Assembly (NCBI GenBank): GCA_044223995.1
Contig: JBGALE010000010.1
Location: forward strand, 65,561 to 129,560
Direction: 5' to 3'
DNA: 64,000 nt
Source of the DNA: Chitinophagaceae bacterium
GTDB lineage: Bacteria; Bacteroidota; Bacteroidia; Chitinophagales; Chitinophagaceae
In this document: positions 1 through 8,575 of the stretch, one piece after another
Position numbering within the stretch: the stretch's first letter is position 1
Layout of the letters: each line of letters starts with the position of its first letter
Program-made: the position numbers and the translations under genes
Notes under the pieces: model-generated
Database searches by the model: none
What the model was told of the DNA's origin: nothing
Seen by the model: the letters and a program-made list of their open reading frames with translations, nothing else

Positions 1-1199
1 GCTACGTTGATAGCATTGAAATAAAAGTTAGTAGTAGTTCTGTCAAACCTGTCCTGAACATAGTTGGCAACAAAAGATGCAGTGAATTTGCCAAACTCTT
101 TTGTAGCACTCAGACGCGCACCTGTACGGCCACTCCTGTCTTTCGGTACTATACCAGTTGTAACGGCATTTTGGAATGACATATAGAACCGGCTGGTCTG
201 GTCACCACCTGAAATAGAGATGTCATTGATGTTGGAAAGACCAGTATCCCATATTCTTGCCCTTTCGCCTGGAATATTAGCATAAGGAACAACAAACGTG
301 CTTCCATCTTCTAAAGTGCGTCCCAGGGGGCGCATACTTCCATCATATTTATCACCGTACTGCTGGTTCTCAAAAGTTCTGTAGTTACCAGTGGGATCAA
401 GACCACCGTAGTTAGAACCCTGTCCGTAAGTTGTCTGGAACTTTGGCAGGAATGACAATTGCTCAGCGTTTACTGTGCTGGTCAACTGTATGGTTGGTTT
501 TGTTTTACCACCTCTTTTGGTAGTAATAACCACCGCACCGTTTACACCATCAGAACCATACAACGTTGCTGCCTGTCCACCTTTCAGGATGGTCACTTCA
601 GCAATATCATTGGGGTTGATGTAAGAAAGTGTGTTGGATGGAACCGGGACACCATCAAGTACAATCAATGCCTGGTTGTTACCCAGGATAGAACGGTTAC
701 CACGCAATACCACGCGAACCTGTGGGTCCACACTGTTGTTTACGTTACCAATAGAAAGACCCGATACTTTACCGGAAAGCGCCTGAGCAAGCTGGGGCGA
801 CTTGCCGTTTGTAATCTCATCATTCTTTACAGTTGCTGTACCATAGCCAATCTCTTTCGGGCGGCGTTTGATACCAATTGCAGATACCACCACCACTTCT
901 TTCAACTCTTCGTTTTTGGTGGTCAATGCAACTGTTTGAAATCCGACAGTGGGAGTCACAACACGTGTGTTGAAACCAACTGCGGTGAAGGATAATTCAG
1001 AACCCTCCTTGATTTTAATGGTAAAAAAACCGTTGATGTCGGCTTTAACGGCGTTTTTTGTCCCTACTTCTGTAACGGTGGCGCCGGAAACACCTTCGCC
1101 TTTTTCGTCTTTAATTTGACCACTTACAGCGCGGGTTTGTGCAGATGCCGTATATGCAAACAGCACCAGCACTGCTAACAGTGATAGAAGTTTTCTCAT
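1..1199 (-). CDS. SusC/RagA-family TonB-dependent outer-membrane receptor, N-terminal part (gene runs off the left edge)
   Basis: Own translation of the minus strand from ATG at 1197-1199: MRKLLSLLAVLVLFAYTASAQTRAVSGQIKDEKGEGVSGATVTEVGTKNAVKADINGFFTIKIKEGSELSFTAVGF... This is a signal peptide plus CarboxypepD_reg-like domain, followed by a plug-like segment (KRRPKEIGYGTATV..., ILKGGQAATLYGSDGVNGAVVITTKRG). The frame stays open to position 1. It is absent from the ORF track because there is no in-window stop. Confidence 0.85.
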   Translation of the reverse strand, partial: MRKLLSLLAVLVLFAYTASAQTRAVSGQIKDEKGEGVSGATVTEVGTKNAVKADINGFFTIKIKEGSELSFTAVGFNTRVVTPTVGFQTVALTTKNEELKEVVVVSAIGIKRRPKEIGYGTATVKNDEITNGKSPQLAQALSGKVSGLSIGNVNNSVDPQVRVVLRGNRSILGNNQALIVLDGVPVPSNTLSYINPNDIAEVTILKGGQAATLYGSDGVNGAVVITTKRGGKTKPTIQLTSTVNAEQLSFLPKFQTTYGQGSNYGGLDPTGNYRTFENQQYGDKYDGSMRPLGRTLEDGSTFVVPYANIPGERARIWDTGLSNINDISISGGDQTSRFYMSFQNAVTTGIVPKDRSGRTGARLSATKEFGKFTASFVANYVQDRFDRTTTNFYFNAINV

Positions 1200-1356
1200 G
1201 TTCAGTTTAGTTTATGTTATTTTTTGAGAGGGGTAAAAATAGGAGAACTTTTGTCTTTAGCCAAAAAGATGTTAAAAAACTACTTGTTAACCTAATTTAA
1301 CCTTCGCTTAATGACAAGATTAAAATTCAGTTAGCTGCAACTTTCCATTAAAATTT

Positions 1357-3438
1357 CTAAAAGATAACCTGGGCCTGCAGGGCGATGTCAGATTTATGGT
1401 TTCCGGGTGCTTCCGAGAGGCCGGAGCCGCTGGCATTCCTGTCCAAAAGCACTGATTGCGACCATTTTAACCACCAGTCAATACGTAGCTTTTTTCCCAC
1501 ATTTTGTTTTTGGTTGTAATGTGTTTTCAATTGCAGGTTAACATAGTATCTCCATTCACGACCGTAAAAAAAGGGTATAGCAATGCGGTATAACAAGTCT
1601 TTCTCATAACTGTATATTCTCGAATTAAATCCGCCCGTCTCTGCATATTGAATACGCATATTGGCCGACCACGATTTCATGCCTGGCTCAAAGGAACATT
1701 CAGCATAACCCAGTAACCCGTCTTCCCTTTCAGGGCCTTTTTTATCATACCATATTAGTTCCAGCCGCTGGCCGAAAGACCAGGGACCGGGCGGTTGCCA
1801 GTTGAGCTGCACCCTCAAGTCCTGGCGCGTTACAGGGCCGGCTCCATTCAGCACTAAATGTTCTGAAGATCGGTTGAAATCCTTCGTTTCACTCCGGTAA
1901 CGGGCGTACCATTCCACAGATTTTCCAGGCGTGTAAGTAAACTGTACCAGGTACTCATTTCCATACGAAGGTGCATCCACCCGGTATTTAAGCCAGGGGA
2001 AATGGAAAACATCGGCATAGGCATCAATCCGCAGGTTGTTCACCGGCCGAAAGCGGCCGCCCAAATAAAGACCCGATTCATTTACCGGGTTGGTATTTTC
2101 TGTAAAAGCATTGGCATTAAAGGCCTGGTATGCTTTATCAATCCTACGGTACAATAGTGAAATATCCACTCCCGGCGCAGCAGATAGTAATAACCCATGC
2201 ACCATTGCCTTATTGAGCTGATCGTCGGTGGCAGCTTCTCCAAAAAAATACAGGTTGCGAAAGCTGTACTTGTAGTCAATACTCGCATTGATAAGCTTAT
2301 TTCCATTCAGTGAAAAAAGATCGTAAGGCTGACCAGACACCCTGAATGGCCGGGAGAATTGATGGTGAATTATATTAACACCAATATACACCTTCGGGAA
2401 GGTATACGCGAAATGTGCTCCGCTGGTAAATTGTTCAAGGTTATTGCAATCACCACTTTCACTTTGTGTCCTGTGATAACCATCCGTTTTCAAAGAGCTG
2501 ACATACCATTGTCCATTGGATGTATCTCTTACCTGGTGGCTGCTCAGCCTGCGTAGTGAAGCAAAGAATGTTAGTTCCCATTTATTTTTTCCAATGGTAA
2601 TTCCTGCTCCCCGGTGAAAATTAAACTCACCGGCAGAAGTATATGGACGTAGTGTTCCTGCTGCCCTGTTTATCATCAATGCATCTGCATTTTTTCCGAA
2701 GGCAAGCGACTGCCACTGGATCAGCCCCTGTCCCATATTAACGGTATAATCTCCCAATGCCAGTGTTTTTATCAAACCAATCTTCACAGCGTACAGGTGA
2801 AAGGAATAAAAATCAAATCCCCATCGCTGATTACCTTTAAAAAATGGCTCTCCCGGGTCTTTGTCTGCTGTGATTCCCCATTGTAACAGTTGTTTGTAGT
2901 TATACCGGTACCGCAAAAACATGCCACTGCTCCCTCCCTGGTAATATTGATTGTTGCTGTTGGATGGAGTATTATATCCTTTTTGTTTTTCGATTTGCCT
3001 GCTGTACCTAAATAACAGGGATTGCTCGCCGCCCATCCAGCGTTTGCTTAATTTCTCCCGCAAACTGCTATTGTCTGCTACAGTGCAGTAAGGCAGCAGG
3101 ATTTGTATCAAAGAAACATCCCAGCCGGGAATGGCCTGTAATTCATATATACTCACCAGTTTTCCCAATAGCTGCCGGTAGCGCAGGAAGTTGTCTACCT
3201 GTACCGGTGATAAAAGTTGAAGTGTGTTTAATTCGTCGGCACTTGCCTCATTAAGGTTAATAGGGTGGCGCCGGTAATAAACCCGTTCCTGTATGGCAGC
3301 GTCATCTTCTGTCACAGATTCACTTTTCCCGGAAATATATTCCAGTTGTTCTTCGGTAACGGTATTTGTCTTTTCTCTTTCCTGCGCAGCAATAGTCCCG
3401 CAGCAAAGAATAGCAAGGGGTACAAATAAATGTCGCAT
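1357..3438 (-). CDS. secreted protein with N-terminal ComEA-like helix-hairpin-helix domain and large predicted outer-membrane beta-barrel
   Basis: 693-aa ORF with signal peptide MRHLFVPLAILCCGTIAAQ. HhH-like segment: INLNEASADELNTLQLLSPVQVDNFLRYRQLLGKLVSIYELQAIPGWD. The remainder is Y/G/N/F-rich with alternating hydrophobicity and a C-terminal aromatic residue (..ALQAQVIF), as in OM barrels. Function unknown. Confidence 0.7.
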   Translation of the reverse strand: MRHLFVPLAILCCGTIAAQEREKTNTVTEEQLEYISGKSESVTEDDAAIQERVYYRRHPINLNEASADELNTLQLLSPVQVDNFLRYRQLLGKLVSIYELQAIPGWDVSLIQILLPYCTVADNSSLREKLSKRWMGGEQSLLFRYSRQIEKQKGYNTPSNSNNQYYQGGSSGMFLRYRYNYKQLLQWGITADKDPGEPFFKGNQRWGFDFYSFHLYAVKIGLIKTLALGDYTVNMGQGLIQWQSLAFGKNADALMINRAAGTLRPYTSAGEFNFHRGAGITIGKNKWELTFFASLRRLSSHQVRDTSNGQWYVSSLKTDGYHRTQSESGDCNNLEQFTSGAHFAYTFPKVYIGVNIIHHQFSRPFRVSGQPYDLFSLNGNKLINASIDYKYSFRNLYFFGEAATDDQLNKAMVHGLLLSAAPGVDISLLYRRIDKAYQAFNANAFTENTNPVNESGLYLGGRFRPVNNLRIDAYADVFHFPWLKYRVDAPSYGNEYLVQFTYTPGKSVEWYARYRSETKDFNRSSEHLVLNGAGPVTRQDLRVQLNWQPPGPWSFGQRLELIWYDKKGPEREDGLLGYAECSFEPGMKSWSANMRIQYAETGGFNSRIYSYEKDLLYRIAIPFFYGREWRYYVNLQLKTHYNQKQNVGKKLRIDWWLKWSQSVLLDRNASGSGLSEAPGNHKSDIALQAQVIF

Positions 3439-4262
3439 TACTCTTCTTCTTTTTTCTTTTTCTTCTTTAAATCAAACATCAATTGCAGCGCAGGTGTAAA
3501 ACCAAGTTGCGGATGATAATTACTGATCACATCGATGCGGTTTGTCTTCCACATAATGCCAAAGCCCGCATAATAACCATTGTTGCCGGTGGTAACGCCT
3601 GCTCCCACTGCAAGGTGTTCTGTGTAGAGATACTGCATACTGATGGTTGCGTTAACCGGCTGCTGCTCTTCTTTGGCAATAATGGAACTGATAAAAAATT
3701 TATCCGATGCTTCATAGCCAATACCCCAGGAATACAGGAAGGGGAGTTTTTCCTGTGCGATTTTTCCGCCTGCAGGATTGTATATATGCACACCCGTGTG
3801 CAGCGACGGCGTAATATGCCATATTGTTCCCAGTTCTGCAGTGACCGTTCCCCCGCTGCCATACCCGGCGAGGCGAATACTATTATAATTGATACGGATG
3901 CCAATGTCAACATCGTCATTGAGCCTTCTTCCGTATCCTATCCCGATTTGCGACGCAGAAAATAGTGCGGCACCAAAATAATCCACGGTGATTCCCACAC
4001 CACCTGTACTGACAGGAACTGCAACAATGGCTTTGAAATGATTCATTTCCTTCAGGAGAAACCTTCTCTCCCCGTAAACGCCTGCAACAGGCACTTCTAA
4101 CCTGGCAAGACTTGCTTCGTTGAGAGCAGGGGAAAATGCATCTGTAAAATGAAGGGAATAAACGCCTGAACCGGAGTAGGGTTCAGACAATGATGACCGG
4201 GTAACCTGCGCAACGGCAGGATGTACTGCCAGTAGCAGCATCATAGGGATTGCTTTTATCAT
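3438..4262 (-). CDS. hypothetical secreted/outer-membrane beta-barrel-like protein with KKKKKKEEE tail
   Basis: 274-aa ORF with signal peptide MIKAIPMMLLLAVHPAVAQ and Gly/Tyr-rich alternating strands. Its TAA stop overlaps the ATG of the downstream 693-aa gene (TAATG), implying co-translation. No family recognised with confidence. Confidence 0.6.
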   Translation of the reverse strand: MIKAIPMMLLLAVHPAVAQVTRSSLSEPYSGSGVYSLHFTDAFSPALNEASLARLEVPVAGVYGERRFLLKEMNHFKAIVAVPVSTGGVGITVDYFGAALFSASQIGIGYGRRLNDDVDIGIRINYNSIRLAGYGSGGTVTAELGTIWHITPSLHTGVHIYNPAGGKIAQEKLPFLYSWGIGYEASDKFFISSIIAKEEQQPVNATISMQYLYTEHLAVGAGVTTGNNGYYAGFGIMWKTNRIDVISNYHPQLGFTPALQLMFDLKKKKKKEEE

Positions 4263-4346
4263 AAGGTCAGTTAGGTTCTATAAGTTACAGTGTTTTTTAT
4301 TCAGGAAAATATTTTTAATAAGATTTTTCCGCAATTAACCGCCCCT

Positions 4347-4354
4347 TACCTTTG
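4347..4354 (+). promoter_or_regulatory. Bacteroidota -7 promoter box TACCTTTG (TAnnTTTG) immediately upstream of folD ATG
   Basis: Exact TAnnTTTG match ending 4 nt before the ATG at 4359. This implies a leaderless or near-leaderless transcript. Confidence 0.6.
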
Positions 4355-4358
4355 CGCC

Positions 4359-5234
4359 ATGCAAATTCTGGACGGACAACAAACATCGAAAGCCATTAGG
4401 GACGAGTTGAAAATTAAAGTAGCGCAACTTAATACAGAAGGAAAGAAAATACCCCACCTCGCCGCGGTGCTGGTAGGTAATAATGGAGCGAGTGAAACTT
4501 ATGTGGCTGCGAAAGTAAAAGCCTGCGCTGAAATTGGTTTCAAATCATCCCTTATTCGCCTGGAGGATACAATCACAGAAAACAAGTTGCTCAATACAAT
4601 TGAAGAACTCAACAATGATCCGGACATCGACGGCATCCTTGTGCAATTGCCTTTGCCCAAACATATCTCTGATGAAAAAGTAATTAACACCATTCAGCCG
4701 CAAAAAGATGTGGACGGTTTTCACCCGGTAAGTGTTGGCCGTATGGTACAGGGCCTGCCTACTTTTGTTCCGGCCACGCCCTATGGCATCATGCTGATGC
4801 TGGAACATTATAAGATAGATACACGTGGTATGCACGCTGTTGTCGTTGGCAGAAGTAATATTGTTGGCAGGCCTATCAGTATTTTATTAAGCGGTAACAG
4901 TAACCCGGGAAATTGTACTGTTACCATTTGTCATTCCCATACCCGCAACCTGGTGGAACTTTGTCAGCATGCCGATATCATTGTTGCGGCATTGGGTAAA
5001 CCAGAATTTGTAAAAGCGGATATGGTAAAAAATGGTGCCATAGTAATTGATGTAGGCATCACGAGGGTTCCCGATGCATCCAAAAAAAGTGGATTCGCAC
5101 TAAAGGGCGATGTTGACTATGCATCCGTTGCCCCGAAATGCAGTTTTATCACACCGGTCCCCGGTGGAGTTGGTCCTATGACCATAGCTGCATTAATGAA
5201 GAACACGTTCAGGGCCTGCATGGAAAATAACTGA
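4359..5234 (+). CDS. folD: bifunctional 5,10-methylenetetrahydrofolate dehydrogenase / methenyl-THF cyclohydrolase
   Basis: [18 protein letters not shown]..., ..[17 protein letters not shown]...[40 protein letters not shown] are classic FolD motifs. Start moved from the ORF-track 4290 to the internal ATG at 4359 that follows the promoter box. Confidence 0.95.
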   Translation: MQILDGQQTSKAIRDELKIKVAQLNTEGKKIPHLAAVLVGNNGASETYVAAKVKACAEIGFKSSLIRLEDTITENKLLNTIEELNNDPDIDGILVQLPLPKHISDEKVINTIQPQKDVDGFHPVSVGRMVQGLPTFVPATPYGIMLMLEHYKIDTRGMHAVVVGRSNIVGRPISILLSGNSNPGNCTVTICHSHTRNLVELCQHADIIVAALGKPEFVKADMVKNGAIVIDVGITRVPDASKKSGFALKGDVDYASVAPKCSFITPVPGGVGPMTIAALMKNTFRACMENN

Positions 5235-5283
5235 TGCATCTGCAGAAACTGTTATTTCTGCCTGCCTCAATAATAAATGTATT

Positions 5284-7734
5284 TTATTCCGACCGCAAAC
5301 TCTCTACAGGGTTGGCAACGGCCGCCCTGATGGTTTGAAATCCCAGTGTAATCACGGAAAACAAAACAATCAATATTGCCGTCAATGCAAAAACCCACCA
5401 ACTGATGGTTGTCCGGTAAACATAATTTTCCAGCCATTTGTGAACAGCCCACCATGCTGCAGGCGCGGCTATCACAAATGCCAGCACTACCAGTTTTATA
5501 AAATCGCGTGAAAGCGTGGATACAATAGCCGGTACCGTTGCCCCCAAAACTTTCCTGACACCGATTTCCTTTTTCCTTCGGTTGGTGGTGTATATCACCA
5601 GGCCAAGCAAACCGAGGCAGCTTATTGTTACCATCAATCCCGTGGCCCACATTAACAGGCGGGAAGTATTTCTTTCACTTTGATACAAAGACGCGATCTT
5701 ATCATCCACAAACGAATAATTAAACGCTGCTTCAGGATATTGCTGGTTGTATAATTTTTCTATTTTACTGATGGCTGCAGGCCATACGTTGCCTTCCCTG
5801 CCGCCGGGGCGCAATTTTATGTGAAATGTATTTCCGGTACCACCTGCAAAAACCATTGCACCGATTTCAGAACGTGCCGACTGATCATGAAAATCCTTCA
5901 TCACGCCTACAATTGGTAATGTTTTCCCGTTAAACAATAAATGACCCTTTAATGCATCGGCGGGATGCTGAAAGCCTAATATTTTTGCATAGGTTTCATT
6001 GATAACAAATTCACTGAAGCTGTCCACTATCTGAACATTTCTTCCCGCAAGTACCGGTACTTCGTACAACTTCAGAAAATTGGTATCACCCCAGCGTATT
6101 TGCACATTTGTCTTCACATCCTCTTTTTCCTTACACTGGATATTGGTAAATGCTACACCAGCATCAGCAGGGCTCATAAACCCACTGCTGGCCATAGCCA
6201 CTCCGGGTACCTGGCTGATGTCGCGCAATAATGTCACACTATGTGTTTTTACTGTATCAAATGGCAAATCGAATGTGATGACTGCCTCCTTGTTAAAACC
6301 CATATCCATATTGAGTGTATAATGGATCTGTTTGCTCACTACAATCGTTCCGATAATAAAAAACTGGGCCACGACAAACTGTGTCACTGTCAAACTCTTT
6401 CTTATCCATGCATTTCTTGTTTCACCTGAATAAGTAAATGCCTGGTTTTTTAATGAGCGCACTGGATTGTACCCGGATAACACCAGGGCCGGGTAAATAC
6501 CTGACAGAAAACTTACGAGCAGGGTCAATAGAATAAGAAATACGATCAATGATGGCTGAGCCAGTAAACTCAATTCGAGGCCGGGCGGAATAAAATCACT
6601 AAAAACATTTAGTAATAATGGTGTTAACACAATTGAACAAACCGAGGCAATGGCGGTAATCAATAATGTTTCACTTAGAAACTGGATGATCAATTGTTTC
6701 CTGGAGCTGCCCATTGTTTTACGGATACCAATTTCCTTTGCCCGTTGCGATGCGTGCGCCGTGGAAAGATTGATAAAATTGATGCAGCCAAGTACCAATA
6801 GAAAAGCTGCAACGGCCAGTAAACCGTATAATGTGGAACGGGCTGCCAACCGGACGCCGAAACTCGCATAATCAGAATTGAAGTGAATATCGCTCAAAGG
6901 CTGCAGCCTGTAACTCAAAACGCTATTGGGGCTGGGATGCGTATTATATTTCTTAAACATTTGCTGCACCTGCGCTTCTATTTCTTCCTTTTTCTTCCCA
7001 GGCTGCAGTTTTACAAACAACTGTGTATACGCCATCCAGTCGTTCCACACCGTCATCATAAAATGGTTTTTCAGATCGGTGGCCATAATGGTTGGTTCGG
7101 AAATAAATTCACGGGCAGTAAACATAGTGGCCTCATCCATATCTTTCACGATACCGCTGACGGTCACACGAAGATCGTTGTTGTACACTATTTCCCTCCC
7201 GATGATATTATTCATTGGCGTGCCGGGAAAATAAGTATGCGCCCTGCTTTCACTCAGTATTACTTTGAACGGATCCTTTAAGGAAGCAATTCCCGAACCT
7301 GCCAGTAACTGGTAAGGAACCACATCGAAATAGGAAGTGGCGGCGAACACGATATTATTTTGCTTTTTAAAAGCAACTGGCTTTTCTGCCTTATTATTAT
7401 TGACAACCGATACATTGGCAGTAGCATCACCCTGGAACTGGAATAGGGTAAAGACATTTTCCAATCCTGTTACTTCTTTCTTCATAGCCTCTCCCATCGG
7501 TGCCGGCACTGCCGCACTGTGTCCTTTTACACCGTTAAACGATGCATCCAGCACTACGCGGTATACACGTTGCCGCTGCGGAACATAATGTTCAAAACTA
7601 TATTCATAATAAACAATCAGGAAAATAACCAGTGCAGCGCTGATACCAATTGACAAGCCCAGTATATTAATTATTGAGAAAGCTTTGTTTCTCCGGAAAT
7701 TCCTGAAGGCAGTAAGGAAATAATTTTTGAACAT
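5284..7734 (-). CDS. FtsX/MacB-type ABC transporter permease
   Basis: 816 aa. N-terminus MFKNYFLTAFRNFRRNKAFSIINILGLSIGI, a large periplasmic MacB-like domain, two FtsX TM modules (..KEIGIRKTMGSSRKQL.. and ..KEIGVRKVLGATV..) and C-terminus ANPVESLRSE. This is a typical Bacteroidota permease family. Confidence 0.9.
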   Translation of the reverse strand: MFKNYFLTAFRNFRRNKAFSIINILGLSIGISAALVIFLIVYYEYSFEHYVPQRQRVYRVVLDASFNGVKGHSAAVPAPMGEAMKKEVTGLENVFTLFQFQGDATANVSVVNNNKAEKPVAFKKQNNIVFAATSYFDVVPYQLLAGSGIASLKDPFKVILSESRAHTYFPGTPMNNIIGREIVYNNDLRVTVSGIVKDMDEATMFTAREFISEPTIMATDLKNHFMMTVWNDWMAYTQLFVKLQPGKKKEEIEAQVQQMFKKYNTHPSPNSVLSYRLQPLSDIHFNSDYASFGVRLAARSTLYGLLAVAAFLLVLGCINFINLSTAHASQRAKEIGIRKTMGSSRKQLIIQFLSETLLITAIASVCSIVLTPLLLNVFSDFIPPGLELSLLAQPSLIVFLILLTLLVSFLSGIYPALVLSGYNPVRSLKNQAFTYSGETRNAWIRKSLTVTQFVVAQFFIIGTIVVSKQIHYTLNMDMGFNKEAVITFDLPFDTVKTHSVTLLRDISQVPGVAMASSGFMSPADAGVAFTNIQCKEKEDVKTNVQIRWGDTNFLKLYEVPVLAGRNVQIVDSFSEFVINETYAKILGFQHPADALKGHLLFNGKTLPIVGVMKDFHDQSARSEIGAMVFAGGTGNTFHIKLRPGGREGNVWPAAISKIEKLYNQQYPEAAFNYSFVDDKIASLYQSERNTSRLLMWATGLMVTISCLGLLGLVIYTTNRRKKEIGVRKVLGATVPAIVSTLSRDFIKLVVLAFVIAAPAAWWAVHKWLENYVYRTTISWWVFALTAILIVLFSVITLGFQTIRAAVANPVESLRSE

Positions 7735-7906
7735 GGTAAGATTTTGTTGGATGAAGCCGGTACAAATGAATCAGCTTGCTATAACCCAACAATATGCCTG
7801 TTGTATAATTGCCTGAATACTAAGTTGCTTTTGAATTTAACCGTGGGCATACTGTACGGTTTTGATGCAAAACCTGTACGATTTTGAAATTAAAATGAAC
7901 CCTGCT

Positions 7907-8362
7907 TCAGACCAGCGCTGCATCCAGTAATCGCCGGTGATAGTTTACCTGTCCCAAATGATATCCGAGATGAACAGACAGGTGCACCAGCATGTATTCG
8001 GTGGAAGTTTTTGATTCGAACACCAGTTGCGGGTATTCCATTTGCAATTGCGCTGGTGTTAGTTGCCCCAGTGTAGTCTCAACTACCACGATGGTTGCCA
8101 ATACCTTTTCTATCAACTCTGTCCTCGGAATATTTTTAAGTGAAAACTCCAGGTCGCGGTGGCGCACATAACCGGAATTTCCCAATACTGCTCCAATATA
8201 AGTATTAAGGTTGCCCACCAGGTGCAGGCTAAGATTGCCGGCTGAATTGCTGATACTTTTTTCAATATGCCAGATTTTTTCTTCGTTGCGGTATTGTTCC
8301 AATTCTGATTTTAACCGGTTGAGATCCCTTGTAAAAATTTTCTGCAATATTCCTGTTAACAT
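7907..8362 (-). CDS. DinB-family (DUF1572-like) protein
   Basis: MLTGILQKIFTRDLNRLKSELEQY... SNSAGNLSLHLVGNLNTYIG ... HLSVHLGYHLGQVNYHRR, a four-helix DinB-like His pattern. Start set to the ATG at 8362 (M29 of the track ORF). Confidence 0.75.
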   Translation of the reverse strand: MLTGILQKIFTRDLNRLKSELEQYRNEEKIWHIEKSISNSAGNLSLHLVGNLNTYIGAVLGNSGYVRHRDLEFSLKNIPRTELIEKVLATIVVVETTLGQLTPAQLQMEYPQLVFESKTSTEYMLVHLSVHLGYHLGQVNYHRRLLDAALV

Positions 8363-8575
8363 GTTGTTCGATTTTAATCTGTTCCTGGCAATTATATTTT
8401 TAGGCATGAAGGTACTGGGAATTATCGTTATGGAGTTTGCAGGCAAAAGCCATTCATCACATCGCCGCTTTATATTAAAATAACTTTACCTTTAAATAAC
8501 TAAACCCAAAGGCCGGATTAGCATAATTTCCATTTCGTATTGAAATGTGCCCTGGATACTCTAATATTTTCCGGT

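Noticed and set aside
459-995. 178-aa plus-strand ORF from the track
   Set aside because: It lies entirely antisense to the clearly recognisable SusC-type receptor gene (minus strand, 1-1199). Its composition is Cys/Thr/His-rich and odd, and it has no start context. It is treated as a shadow ORF.
3438-3470. A-rich run (AAG AAG AAA AAG AAA AAA GAA GAA GAG TAA TG on the minus strand) at the junction of the 274-aa and 693-aa genes, considered as a programmed -1 frameshift site fusing the two proteins
   Set aside because: The downstream gene is indeed in the -1 frame, and that frame is open across the run. However, the run lacks a canonical in-frame X_XXY_YYZ heptamer (a G precedes each AAA AAx). 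The downstream protein has its own ATG and signal peptide, and TAATG overlaps are ordinary translational coupling. It would need ribosome profiling or mass spectrometry to revive.
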